Source of the DNA: Dimorphilus gyrociliatus
Lineage: Eukaryota > Animalia > Annelida
Direction: 5' to 3'
NCBI GenBank assembly: GCA_904063045.1
Contig: CAJFCJ010000040.1
Location: 9,306-73,305 of the forward strand
DNA length: 64,000 bases
Shown here piece after piece: positions 14,098 through 25,460 of the stretch (position 1 is its first letter; each line of letters opens with the position of its first letter). The translations under genes and the position numbers were made by a program. The notes beneath the pieces were generated by a model. That model ran no database searches, was not told where the DNA came from, and saw only the letters and a program-made list of their open reading frames with translations.

Positions 14098-15456
14098 TCA
14101 ATATATTAGAGAAAAGTTCAATCTGCAACAATGTTTTATAAAATTCTCAATCTCTCTAAATTGTTCTTCATGTAACTCACATGACATAAAATCAAGAGTC
14201 AACAAAGAATTTGATGACATTTTAAGGCCTTCACATATTTTTGATATTCCATCACCCATCTTTGCATTTGCAGATATATTTAATGTTTCTATTCTGGAAC
14301 AATGTTTTAGTAAACTTGCAAGTTCTCCACTTTGTTTTTCATCTAAATTGCAACATTCTAAATAAATATTTTTCAAAGTGTATGATGACAATTCAAGTCC
14401 TTTAAGAATATTTAATAATCCATTACCCATCTCTTCATTCCAAGATAAACTTATTGTTTCTATTCTGGAACAATGTTTTAACAAATTTGCAATCTCTCTA
14501 CTATGTTCTTCATTTAGGTTACATCTTTCAAGATAAACATTTTTTAAAGTATTTGATGACATTTGAAGACTTTCACAAATATTTAATATTTTCATATTCA
14601 TCCCTTCATTTCTACATAAATTTATTGTTTCTATTCTAGAACAATGTTTCAATAAATTTCCAACCTCTCCACTTTCTTTCAGATTTAACTTACACAAATT
14701 AAAATTAAGACTCTTTAATGTGTTTGATGACATTTTGAGTTCTCTACAAATATCAATTATTCCATTACCCATCAGTCTATTTCCAAATAGATTGATTGTT
14801 TCTATTCTGAAGCAATGTTTTAGTAAATATCCAATCTTTTTACTTTGTTTTTCATCTAAATTGCAACATTCTAAATAAATATTTTTCAAAGTATTTGATG
14901 ACATTTCAAGTCCTTCACATATTTTAGATATTCCATTGCCCATCTTTGTATTTGCAGATATATTTAATGTTTCTATTCTGGAACAATGCTTTAGCAAATT
15001 TCCAATCTCAGTACTCTTTTGTTCATTTAAACAACAATTCTTCAAATAGAGATTTTTCAAGACATTTGATGACATTTCAAGTCCTTTACAAATATTCAAT
15101 ATTCCATTACCCATATTTTCATTCCAAGTTAGATTTATTGTTTCTATTCTGGAGCATTCTTGTAGCAAATTCCCAATCTCTTTACATTGTTTTTCATCCA
15201 AATTACACAAAGTTAAATCTAGATTTGTCAAGGTGTTTGATGACATTCGAAGTCCTTCACAAATATTCAATATTCCACTACCTATATCTTCATTCCTAGA
15301 TAGATTTACTGTTTCTATTCTGGAAAAATGTTTTAGTAAATTTCCAATTACTCTAAATTGATCTTCATTCAAAAAACAACCCTCTAAATGGAAATTTTTC
15401 ATAGTATTTGATGACATTTTAAGTTGTTCAGAAATGTTGAATATTCCATTACCCAT
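14098..15456 (-). CDS. Ribonuclease-inhibitor/NLR-type LRR array, about 8 tandem 56-aa units (168-bp DNA repeat); 5' end degenerate
   Basis: 452-aa ORF of repeated LLKHCSRIETINLSxNxxMGNGILNICxGLxMSSNTLKNxxLxxCxLxExQ. A further decayed unit lies at 15460-15620. Confidence 0.8.
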   Translation of the reverse strand: MGNGIFNISEQLKMSSNTMKNFHLEGCFLNEDQFRVIGNLLKHFSRIETVNLSRNEDIGSGILNICEGLRMSSNTLTNLDLTLCNLDEKQCKEIGNLLQECSRIETINLTWNENMGNGILNICKGLEMSSNVLKNLYLKNCCLNEQKSTEIGNLLKHCSRIETLNISANTKMGNGISKICEGLEMSSNTLKNIYLECCNLDEKQSKKIGYLLKHCFRIETINLFGNRLMGNGIIDICRELKMSSNTLKSLNFNLCKLNLKESGEVGNLLKHCSRIETINLCRNEGMNMKILNICESLQMSSNTLKNVYLERCNLNEEHSREIANLLKHCSRIETISLSWNEEMGNGLLNILKGLELSSYTLKNIYLECCNLDEKQSGELASLLKHCSRIETLNISANAKMGDGISKICEGLKMSSNSLLTLDFMSCELHEEQFREIENFIKHCCRLNFSLIY

Positions 15457-16399
15457 CTTTTTTTTTCAAAAAGAAACTTACTATTTTTTTGTCTCTGGAA
15501 CAATGTTTTAACAAATTTTCTAATCTCTCTACTCTGTTCTTTGTTTAAATGACAGCAGCATAAAAATCAATGTTATTCAAAGAATTGAAGGACTTTTGCA
15601 GTCCATCACAAATGTTTAACAATCTTTAATTGTTCAATAAACCTAAAATATTATGTACGTTGACAAGGATCATTTCCTCTCTATGATTTAAAGATATTTA
15701 TTAATTAATCATATTGTTTGGGCGCCATTTTGAAAACATGATTGATTTTATTTGCTTAAATTTTTATATTACATATTTAGAGATATGTTTCATATTTTTC
15801 TTTTTGAAAAGTTTTAAGATAATATAAAAATCATGAAACGATAAATAAACTAAATAAATTAAATCAAAAAGCAATTTTAATAATGGGTATTACTAAAACG
15901 TGGATCCAACTGTAGATAGACAATGCTAAGCTGATATTAAAAAATGCCGTTTTCTAACAACATACATTATGAGCTTCTTTAAAAATGCTATCAAGAAACT
16001 ATGTTTCAGTTGACGAAACAAGTTCGATTTGTTTATTTATTGCAAATATTATAATGCGAAAGCCACTTTCATTAATGTCTTTTCTTAGAATTTGTCAGGC
16101 AAATTTTTTCTACTAAGTCCAAAAATTTCAGTAAATTTCATTCTCCTCAGAATTTGTAAGAACAGGATATATAGATTTCCGAATTTTATCAAGTAAAACA
16201 TATACCAATTTCTCCAAAGGAAACTCAGCTTTCATTGATAATTTGGAAAATATCCTCTGACAGACCAAATTCATTTTTAATTGTTCAATAACCATAGCAT
16301 TTTGAAACAAATTCTTTATTGAGTTGTACAACATATTTTTCACAATTGTTTGAAACTTTCAAAATATCACTTTTCTTCCATTGATAAATTAGACAATAA

Positions 16400-17030
16400 A
16401 TGACAATCAATGCAGAAAATAAAATATTTGAATGGAACATTGATATCCATTGTTTAGAGCAAATTCCTCAAATTTATTTATTATAAAACCACTCCAATGT
16501 ACTGGTCTTACTGGAAAATCTATGCTTTTGCAAGTTATAACAATACTGGTTCTACTCGAACCTTTTAAACAAATGTTTAAATTAAAATGGTTTATTCGCA
16601 ATAATAATACTTAAGCAAGTAACAATATGAGAGTTCAATAGCAGAGTAGATAGTTCGTAATAGCAGGTTGCCAAATTACCAAACTGTCTTCCAATGTTGA
16701 GGAGTAGATGAATGGTTCCAGTGGAGGTTGTTTCCAGGTTATCTTCCCAGGTCCTTGGGTCCAGATGGAAGTTGCATACAGACTGAGAGTAGTGAGGATT
16801 TATATACTTTGAGGTTTGCCTCTGACATCCAATCATTACTCTACAGTTGCTGAAATGTGCAGTTCATATTTTATCTTTAGTAACAGGATGTTACAAGGTT
16901 CAGCATTTAGGAAGGTTAATTGAATTATAACTTGGCCAAACCTTTATTGGTAATTAAAGATGAGCCTTCAAGCTGACTAATCAGACTTATGTTTGGCCAA
17001 TGTTATAGCATTTTCTCGCTTTCTTTTTTG
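16400..17030 (-). repeat. Patchwork repeat F-D-B containing a 312-bp LTR-like cassette (16574-16885)
   Basis: The minus strand of the cassette begins TGTTAC, contains ATTGG, TATATAAA and AATAAA, and ends TTTAAACA. A highly similar copy lies at 45610-46170. Confidence 0.65.
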
Positions 17031-17519
17031 TCTTTTGATGTATAAATATACTTGTAGTAGGCCTGAGAAAGAAAATGAAAACTTCCTGTTGGAAATATAA
17101 CTATAAAGAACAATTTAAATATGCATAAAATATTGAATAATATTTAAAATTTACATGTACTAGTGTAAATTTCAGAGTAATAGTATAGTAGAGATATCAA
17201 ACTCCACATCTTGCAACATGCTCTTTGATACAAAAAGTGAGATCACAATTGTCTGTCCAATGTAAATGTTGGCATTTTTCCAATTCATACTGACAATCTA
17301 CATTTGAAATTTTTTTGCAAAAATATTTGTTATATTAAAAATAATGACAAACCTTTCCCACAAACATCATTTTGGAATGGTATTTCATCATATATTTTTT
17401 TACTACATATTGATGACCTTTTCATACAATTTATGTATTCACATTTAACACTAATTATGCAATATAATATCAATGGAAATGTCTTAAATTCTCAAATCAA
17501 TAAATTTTCTTTTAGAATA

Positions 17520-18500
17520 CTCTTTTCAAAACTAAAAGACACATGTGAAAACAATGAAAGGATTCTTATATTTGGAACAGACTGTCAGTTTGAATTGTTG
17601 AGTAAATCAGGGCATTGGTTTGTTGATGGAACATTTAAAATCGTAAAAGAACCATTTTACCAATTATTGACAATCCAATGTTATGTGAAAAAGAATGGGA
17701 ACATGAAATATGTGCCCCTGGCCTTCATTTTCATGACATCAAAACACAAGAGAGTTTATAAATTGACATTTAAAGTAAGTGTAATAACTAATTCTATTTT
17801 CAGTTTGTTAACTTTTAAATAATTTTCTGCAGACTATTAAGAAAATGATTAACATGTCAGAGCCTGAAAAAGTCACTTTAGACTTTGAGATGGCACTATG
17901 GAAGACAATAACAAAAGTTTTTCCAAATATAACAATACATGGATGTGTTTTTCATTTCACTCAAGCAATTTTTAGGAAAATTCAGGTAGATCTAACATTT
18001 AAATTAATATCTTATGTCATAATTAAGTTTTTATTATCAGTCTCTAGGATATTCCAAATTATATATGGAGAAAGGAGAAGAATGGAGAGTTCTAAGGAAA
18101 ATCATGGCATTACCATTTCTGCCATCTGATACCATCATTTCAACATTTGGCAGACTCAAGTCTAAACTTTTGCAACAACAGAAATTTTCTGACCTACTGT
18201 TGTATTTTGAAAACACATGGATATGTAATTCTATGTGGAAACGTGAAAATTAGTCAGTGTTTGGTCTATCTATTAGAACAAATAATAGTCTGGAGGGTTG
18301 GCACAACAGGATGAATAGTCAAGTGCATTCAAAAGGCTTAATCTACATATTAGTGGATGAACTGAAAAAAGAGGGAGATTTGATGATTATCTATGAAAAG
18401 GTGATGTCTGATAAACAAATATACAGTATAGGCAAAAAGTCCCCAGCCACCTTGTAAGATTTTTAGTTTTGATATTAAGATATACAAAATAACTACTTTT
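17520..18500 (+). pseudogene. Decayed MULE/Mutator transposase with two introns
   Basis: WFVDGTFK, VPLAFIFMTSK, VTLDFEMALW, GCVFHFTQAIFRKIQ, IMALPFLP, RTNNSLEGWH. Introns at 17775-17832 and 17986-18040. In-frame TAG at 18251-18253. Confidence 0.85.
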
Positions 18501-18579
18501 AATTGATAATAATACTGATTAATATGTATAAGCTTTAGAAAGGCTTTTTTATTTCATAGGAAACAGATTCTTTGACAAT

Positions 18580-19075
18580 AACAGATGTTGCATGTCAAAC
18601 TTACATCTTATTCAAAAACAGATGCCAAAGAGGCAGGCTTGTTTTTGCAGTACCACATCTTAGCCAGAAGTGATGCAATGTTTTTCATGTCTTTATTATA
18701 TGTGCATTGTGAGACTGTTACATTTCAACTTTGTTATCTTTTGACCAAGTGAATCCAAGCTTTGGTAAATGTATAAAATACATTTCCGCAGCTTGTCAGT
18801 TCAGTTCTTTAATGGTTAACTGGTTGTTTAAACTTACTTGTTTAGAACTAGAAACTCATTTACTCAATACATATTCTTTAAATGAAATACTGGTGTTTTG
18901 TTGATTAATTTTTGAAATTACATTTGTTAAGACTATTTGTGGACGAACTTGAAAGGTTCTAATTGGACCAGTTCTTTGGCAGATTGATAAATGATTGGAA
19001 AGGACAAATACTGTTCAGAAGAAGCAGAAATTCCTACAATTAAAATACAACAAAGTACAGTGAGAATTTCTTATT
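18580..19075 (+). repeat. Patchwork repeat modules C(rc)-A
   Basis: Reverse complement of 40425-40660, followed by module A matching 24755-24980. Confidence 0.7.
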
Positions 19076-19201
19076 TGAAGAATTTGGTGTTTTATTGGCG
19101 CAAGGAGATCTTAAACATTTCACTTCATTGGACATAACTTTGCAAAATTCACAATTTTCCAAACATGCCATACATGTTTTAATAGTTGATGTACCACAGA
19201 A

Positions 19202-20314
19202 GCGGTGCAGTGACATTTTGGCCCATTTTGGACATTTCGGCCCATTTTAGGACAATTCGGTTCAGGGTATTTTAGCCAATTTGAACAAAGTTTTTTCATC
19301 AAAAAACAAGAAATATAAAAGTAATAATAAGTTTATGAATTATACTTCAGATTTGAGATATTTCAGTAGTGTATAATGACTTTTAGTTTATCTGTTTATA
19401 TTTGAAAACAGAAGATAGGAAAATTAATTGATGATAAAACACACAGAAAATGTGTGCTTGATTTTGAAAAGGCAATATTGGTGGCTCTTAAAGAACAATT
19501 TCCCAATTCTGACCTTCAAGGATGCTCTTTTCATTTCAAACAAGCAGTTTTGAGGAACATTCAGGTGGATTAAATGATGATATAAAGAACATAATTAAAT
19601 ATTTATTTTATTAGAAACTTGGATACATTACTGATTATAAAGAAAATGGATACAAAGGAAAAATGTTACAAAAATTAATGTGTTTGGCATATCTGCCTTC
19701 AAATTTTATTGAACAAAAGTTTGACCAACTAAAAGAAGAACTTTGTGAAAAGAAATTGTTTACAGATTTGCTTGAATATATTGAAGAAACATTCATTAAA
19801 AGCAGTACTTGGTTTGTGAGAACAAACAATCATGTTGAAGCATGGCATTCCAGGCTTAACAAAAACCTGAAAATGGATGAGAACTTTTATTCTCTATTAA
19901 AAGAATTAAGAAGAGAAGCTGAATTAGTAGAGATCTTTGAAAAGTTATTGTCTGAAAAAAGTTGAGAAAGATACAGAAGAAGAAGTATAAAGATTTAGAA
20001 TTTAAAATATTCCAGTTGTGGAGTAAATTTGAAGAAAGAGAATTGAGTTTCAATGAATTATTGGATAGACTTGTTGATTTAAATATTTGTTAAAATTTGT
20101 TATTTCTTGTTCTGCATTTTAGTTATTAAACTTAACACTCCTTACTATTTGTAAATTGTTTTTTTTTTTATAATAAGAAAATAAACATAATTGTTCACAA
20201 AATAAAAATTATATTTGTCATATTTATCAATTCATAAGTACTAAACCTATCTTCAAGTAAGACACAATGCCTTTAGTATGACTGCCTTAGAATGGGCCGA
20301 AATGTCCTGACCCC
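19202..20314 (+). mobile_element. Internally deleted MULE with sub-repeated TIRs
   Basis: A perfect 17-bp inverted repeat ggacatttcggcccatt (19230-19246) / aatgggccgaaatgtcc (20291-20307), tandemly reiterated on the left. Interior reads DFEKAIL..QGCSFHFKQAVLRNIQ, an intron, LMCLAYLP and RTNNHVEAWH. No TSD identified. Confidence 0.75.
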
Positions 20315-20699
20315 ATTTGAAACATTTCAAAATTAATTTCTTTCCATGACATGAAGTATATAATTAAATGGCGAATATGTTTATGTTATATGGTAAATTA
20401 TTGTATTGCTATTCAAAATATTTGTGATAACATTAAACATTGCTATCATGGTGATGACAAAAATGGTTGTGGTGAGCAGACTTACCTATAATTTGATAAT
20501 TTAAAGTAAAAACTGAACTTATAGATAATTTTTATTCGAAAAATGTATTTAAATGTTCAAAAAAGGGAATAGTAATACTTTTAGAAAAAGTTTGCGATGG
20601 TATAGTTCATTGTCAAGATGGCAGCAACGAGACATTCTGTGTATTTACAAATATACAGGCTTTTGTAAACAAATTCATAATTCAGCTACTTGAACTTCC

Positions 20700-21170
20700 A
20701 TACATAGCTGTCGTACAAGGGCCAGGAGATTTCCCAGAAAAAACCAATAGAAACCTTTGTTCAATCTTGACCCCAGCAAATTGGAACATGTTTGAAATTT
20801 GGAATAGGAAGGTTTACAAATGATGGTATGACCATGGAGCACCCAAGCTAAACAACACAAGTTGTAGATGACACTAAATATTTTCTTCAGTTTTGATAAT
20901 ACTTTGACAATTAGGTGCTTGTGTTGAAGAGGAAACACTGAGTTGTTCAAATGCACTTCCTCAACTACTTTCAGTTCACCTAAAAATTTGTATCTAATTG
21001 TTTGGATTTTACAATTTGCCACTTTTAATATAGAGAAAGCCACAAATCTCAATAAAGATTTGAATAAAATTTTGACATTTGTTTTTGGTGTACAACTTTG
21101 GTTATATTTTACATGCTTGAACTCTATTATTTTATGCAACTTATACATGTACATCTTAAAATGCCATTTG
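20700..21170 (+). mobile_element. Decayed L1/Tx1-like LINE ORF2 C-terminal fragment (module E)
   Basis: Frameshifted C.EEETL..LFKC, then ILTFVFG...LNSIILCNLYMYILKC, resembling the C-terminal pattern of L1/Tx1 ORF2. The 3' part is the reverse complement of 46180-46250. Confidence 0.45.
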
Positions 21171-22547
21171 TATATTGATTGTATTCTTTAGAGTAACTTA
21201 ATAACAATTTGAGAGCATGCAATAGAAAATGTCCACAAAATAACCCTAACCTTAACCTTATTCATTACTCTTGATCATTGCATGGGAGCCTCCAATGTAA
21301 AAAATCAGCACTTGTCTAATTCTTACTAATCAGTTTTTAATGGCTCAACCCTTGTCTCTAAATGACCCTTTTGATTCCCTGTAAAGATTTTTAAAGTCAC
21401 TATAGAAGTTGAAAAATTAAATAGTATGAAGAAGAATAATAAATCAATAAATAACATTGCAAGACAACTGAATATATTTTGTAGACAATTTTCAACATAT
21501 TGCATGGGTGACATAGAAAGCAATAGGGTCTGGACAGTTGACCCCTATGATAAATATTGGTATGATTAAAATTTATCATTATATAATTATTAAATTATTA
21601 CATGATATAAACATTGTATTCAAGGCTTATGTAATTCTGTGTATTTTAAACATTTGATTAATTCAAAAAAAATAAAAGTTGGAATTCATTTCAAACTTCT
21701 ATTGATAAAAACTATTTAATTGCAACTTAAAAAAAAACAACTAAAAGCTACAACAGCTTTTTGAACAGGTATTCCTCTTTTTTGAAAATCGAATGAAAAT
21801 TTTTAAAAATGTAGATTGTAATAGAGTAGTACAAGCATTATTATTGATCATGAATGCATTGTTTCAAAAGAGAAATAAATTTCTTTACAATACAGCATAA
21901 TTTAAAATAATTTCCATAAATCTTTTCCAAATTAATTGAATCTTCAAACATTTCTGGTAATTTACCAACCTTTGGCTACACTGACCCTGTCAATAATCAG
22001 TCTGGTGATGATCTTACAGAGGCCTTTTCACTCACTTGCTGAAAGGATAAATTTTAAACTCATTATTCACATTTTTTTAAAAACAATTCACCTGTATCAA
22101 CATTTTTATTTTTCCATTTTGAAAACATAATTAAAGTTCACAATGAAGAATGTAATAGACTAGCAGAGATTATCTAAGCTTTCTCTCTTTAAGAAAATCA
22201 ATATAGTCTGAACTATTGCTTGGATGATTTGGGTGAAATTCTTGGAAGGGATAGATGATGATATGGACAGAAATATGGATACAAAATCAAAGACTGGTAT
22301 TCTGCACTTTATCCCTGGAAATTCTCTTTCTGATTCATTTTAATATTGTAATTCGATTATGGAAATATAAAATATTAATAATAATATATATTAAATCATA
22401 ATTTTTTTATTAATTTGGTAACCTATCCTGTTTCAAGATTACAATATTATGTCTGTTTGCACTGTCATTAAGTAAATTATTAACTAAATAATAAATTTCA
22501 AAAGTAATGATTTATAGATGTCAAAAAAGAAATGTATTGAATTATAA

Positions 22548-22753
22548 CTATACAACAGAAAACGTCCCCAAATGCATGATTTAACCCTAACCCTAACCTA
22601 ATCCTTGTCACTCCCTAACCTTTTTGATTACCCTTGACCCTTACATGGAACCCCCCTAACTACAAATCAATGGCTACATCCCTCGTCCTTACTATTTTTC
22701 AATTCGAAATGTTGCTCTCAAAAATTTCACTTGGGGACATTTTCTGTTGGCCC
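22548..22753 (-). mobile_element. MULE-type MITE, 206 bp, TTAGGG core
   Basis: Perfect 9-bp TSD GAATTATAA (22539-22547, 22754-22762). TIR caacagaaaacgtccccaa / ttggggacatttctgttg. Interior ttaaccctaaccctaacc. Confidence 0.9.
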
Positions 22754-22788
22754 CGAATTATAATATTCAGGTAATTATTCTTTGTTCA

Positions 22789-23781
22789 TTATTCTAACAG
22801 AATTTCGCAAATCTCCATTTTCTTAAATAATCTGAAATTTATGGATTGAGTTGGTGGACACTTGAATTTGCAGTTGTCGAATATTGAACAAATAATTTTC
22901 ATACCATTTTCTTTCTGTATAAATATTTCAATGTAAGAATTGCATAAGAATGGTAATTTTGTTAGAATTTCTCCTAATTCTGCTTCCTTGTTACTGTACA
23001 ATTGAATCATATGCTCAATTGGAATTGAAATACATGTTGTACTATTTTCATCTTTCAATTCCATTAGTTCATCAGTATTTAGGCAACTTGTATTTTTTGT
23101 TATAAAGAGGTCAAAGGTCATAAATTTAAAAATACATTTCAATTTTTCTAAAGTATAATGTATTGTTTCACTATAATGACCTACATCAGCAGTATGAATC
23201 TCTATTAGGGGTAAACTATCTTCTATAACACTAAATTCTCCTTCTTCTGTTTGTTCACTGCCTCCATTCTCACCAGTCATTGTACAATTCAATTGAGGAT
23301 TACCATTAATATCGCATACAGTACGAACAAAGCATTTACATATTCCATGTTGACCATCATTCAAACTGGAAAAGAATGTTTTATCATAGAATAAAAGTCT
23401 TTGCCATGTTAGATCAGCTCCTTTATTCTTGTAGAGTATTCTTTGAGTACACTTTGACATTCCCTTTTTAAATTCTCTGATATCATCATCACTATAATTT
23501 CCATAAGCAATTTTATCAATGTAAAATTCTTCTTCGTATGTATCTGAAAATACCTTTTCAATTTCTCCACTGTTGCTCAGCATTGCTATACCATGTGTTG
23601 AATTTATTCTACTACATACTACATTAGCTGCTTGGCCATTTATTCTTGGTTTTATTGAGTAAGATCCATCCAATTCAGTTTTCATCAATGCTTCCCTACA
23701 AGAAACATATTCTTGAATAATTAAACAATTGAAAACTTTAATATCAATGATTAGGAAAAGAAAATTAGCAATGAAATTCAT
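22789..23781 (-). CDS. Intronless secreted protein with a CNTNAP/neurexin-IV-type fibrinogen/COLFI-like domain
   Basis: Signal-like MNFIANFLFLIIDIKVFNC, then SCREAL...DGSYSIKP..VVC, IAYG..S..I..F..MSKCTQRILY, CKCF..VC..NC, EEG.....LPL.....DVG..YTLEKLKC. Confidence 0.65.
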   Translation of the reverse strand: MNFIANFLFLIIDIKVFNCLIIQEYVSCREALMKTELDGSYSIKPRINGQAANVVCSRINSTHGIAMLSNSGEIEKVFSDTYEEEFYIDKIAYGNYSDDDIREFKKGMSKCTQRILYKNKGADLTWQRLLFYDKTFFSSLNDGQHGICKCFVRTVCDINGNPQLNCTMTGENGGSEQTEEGEFSVIEDSLPLIEIHTADVGHYSETIHYTLEKLKCIFKFMTFDLFITKNTSCLNTDELMELKDENSTTCISIPIEHMIQLYSNKEAELGEILTKLPFLCNSYIEIFIQKENGMKIICSIFDNCKFKCPPTQSINFRLFKKMEICEILLE

Positions 23782-24679
23782 ATTAATACTTGATAGACTG
23801 CTAAACACTGACTCTGACTCTGCACATTGAAATATAACACATTAATTTGTCTATATATTAAGTTCTCTTTTTTTACCTTAACAATCTTAAAACAAATATT
23901 CAAATATTTATTCAATTACTTTATATTTAAACAAATTATGTTTTATTAATAATTATAAATTTACTTGGATAATGCCACACCCCATACCAGTCTGCATGCA
24001 ACAAATTTCATAAAAATTCACATCTAGCCCTGATTTTACCCTATATGATTATTACTTGTTTGCATCCTCTTTTTTCATCCAAATTTTGTTGTAATACACC
24101 CAAATTGTTACATTTCATTCATCAATGGAAAGCAATATTGAAAGAGTATTATAGAGTACTCTACACACCTAAAACTACAACATACACTATTTAAACTAAG
24201 TTGTAAAAGTATTTTACAACTTAGATGTTAACCCTAATTATTATACACATCATATTTAATGAATATTAATTATATCTTCCACTATTCTATTTATATTTGG
24301 AGCTTTTAGATTATTGTCACTTTTCAACAGTATTGTATGCACAATACTATATTGAATGATTAAGTTTAATACTTTTATCCTACCAGTCCTTTACACAGAA
24401 ACATATTATCTTACACAAACAATTATTATTAATAATTTGTTGTATATTAAAACGGCATCAAGTTGACCTTTTCCTATTTTTGTGTTTTGGAATCAATCCA
24501 ACTTCTATTAATAATTGTTACATCTTAGGCAACTTTCTGACCTACTAAAATAGGGAGCAAAAGTTCTCCAAGATAAAGAAAAAGTAACAAACATGGAAGT
24601 ATATTTGAACTTTCCCTTTATCCAAATTGTTACATTTGTTTGTGTGAATATTTTTATCCGTGAACTGTGAACTATTGGA

Positions 24680-25460
24680 AAAGTATATAAACCCTACGAA
24701 TTTAACAGTAGTCAGTTCAGTTTTCTAACCATCAGCTGGTTGTTCAAACTTGCTTGTTTAGAACTAGAAACTCATTTACTCAAATACATATTCTTTGAAT
24801 GAAATACTGGTGTTTGTTGGTTAATTTTTACTGGAATTACATTTATTAAGACTACTTGTGGACGAACTTGAAAGGTTCTATTTGGACCAGTACTTTGGCA
24901 CATTGGTAAATGATTGGAGAGGACGAATTTGATAGTGACGAGCTAGGACTTCCTACAATTACAATACAACAAAGTACAGTTCCATTGATTTTGGTGATTT
25001 TTTTCTACCATCACTATACTACAGATAGGCCGAAGTAAGTGTTAATCTGTTTTAGGCCTATTCAAAACACTCTTTTTGAATTATAATCTTCGTTAACATT
25101 ATTAATATCAACATTTGATATATTGAGCAGCTTATTAACATTTTTTTTCTTTAAGACCATTCCTTAATTAAAATAACAATAGAATGTGTATTGAGTAAAT
25201 GGGTTCCAATCTAAAAGTAAAGTGTATTCTACAATTAGAGATTAGAGACTGCTAAGCTTTGGACATTCACCAAAGCTTGGGTTCACGTGGTCAAAGGTTT
25301 ACTTTGATGAAATGTGATGACTTTATATTTGACATGCAATAAGAAAGACTGTTGCATGCCGTTTACAATATACAATTTCCAAATTGAGGCCGCATGGCCA
25401 ACATGTGTTGCTACATAACAAATCTTTCCAAAGTTCTTTCTAAAGTTCTATCATTTTATC
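24680..25460. repeat. Patchwork repeat: TATA fragment and module A, then an inverted A fragment and module C
   Basis: gaaactcatttactcaaatacatattc at about 24766, and its inverse aatgtgtattgagtaaatggg at about 25182. ccaaagcttgggttca and gccaacatgtg are shared with 36480-36540 and 40490. Confidence 0.65.

Noticed and set aside
15456-15482. 26-nt GTAAGT...AG mini-intron upstream of the LRR ORF
   Set aside because: It aligns to the ETINL..N..MG part of a decayed LRR unit, so it is more likely degenerate coding sequence.
16582-16836. Conserved 84-aa ORF repeated at 45702-45959
   Set aside because: Conservation is explained by DNA-level identity of the LTR-like cassette, and there is no recognisable domain.
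16880-17010. Hammerhead ribozyme or Penelope pseudo-LTR in module B
   Set aside because: No CTGANGA...GAAA core in the required arrangement.
24760-24980. UGA-as-Trp recoding or a NUMT, because module A reads IFFE*N..GRT*KVLFG..IGK*LE
   Set aside because: TAG/TAA stops and indels occur in other copies, no mitochondrial protein is recognisable, and neighbouring genes use standard stops. A decayed LINE frame is simpler.
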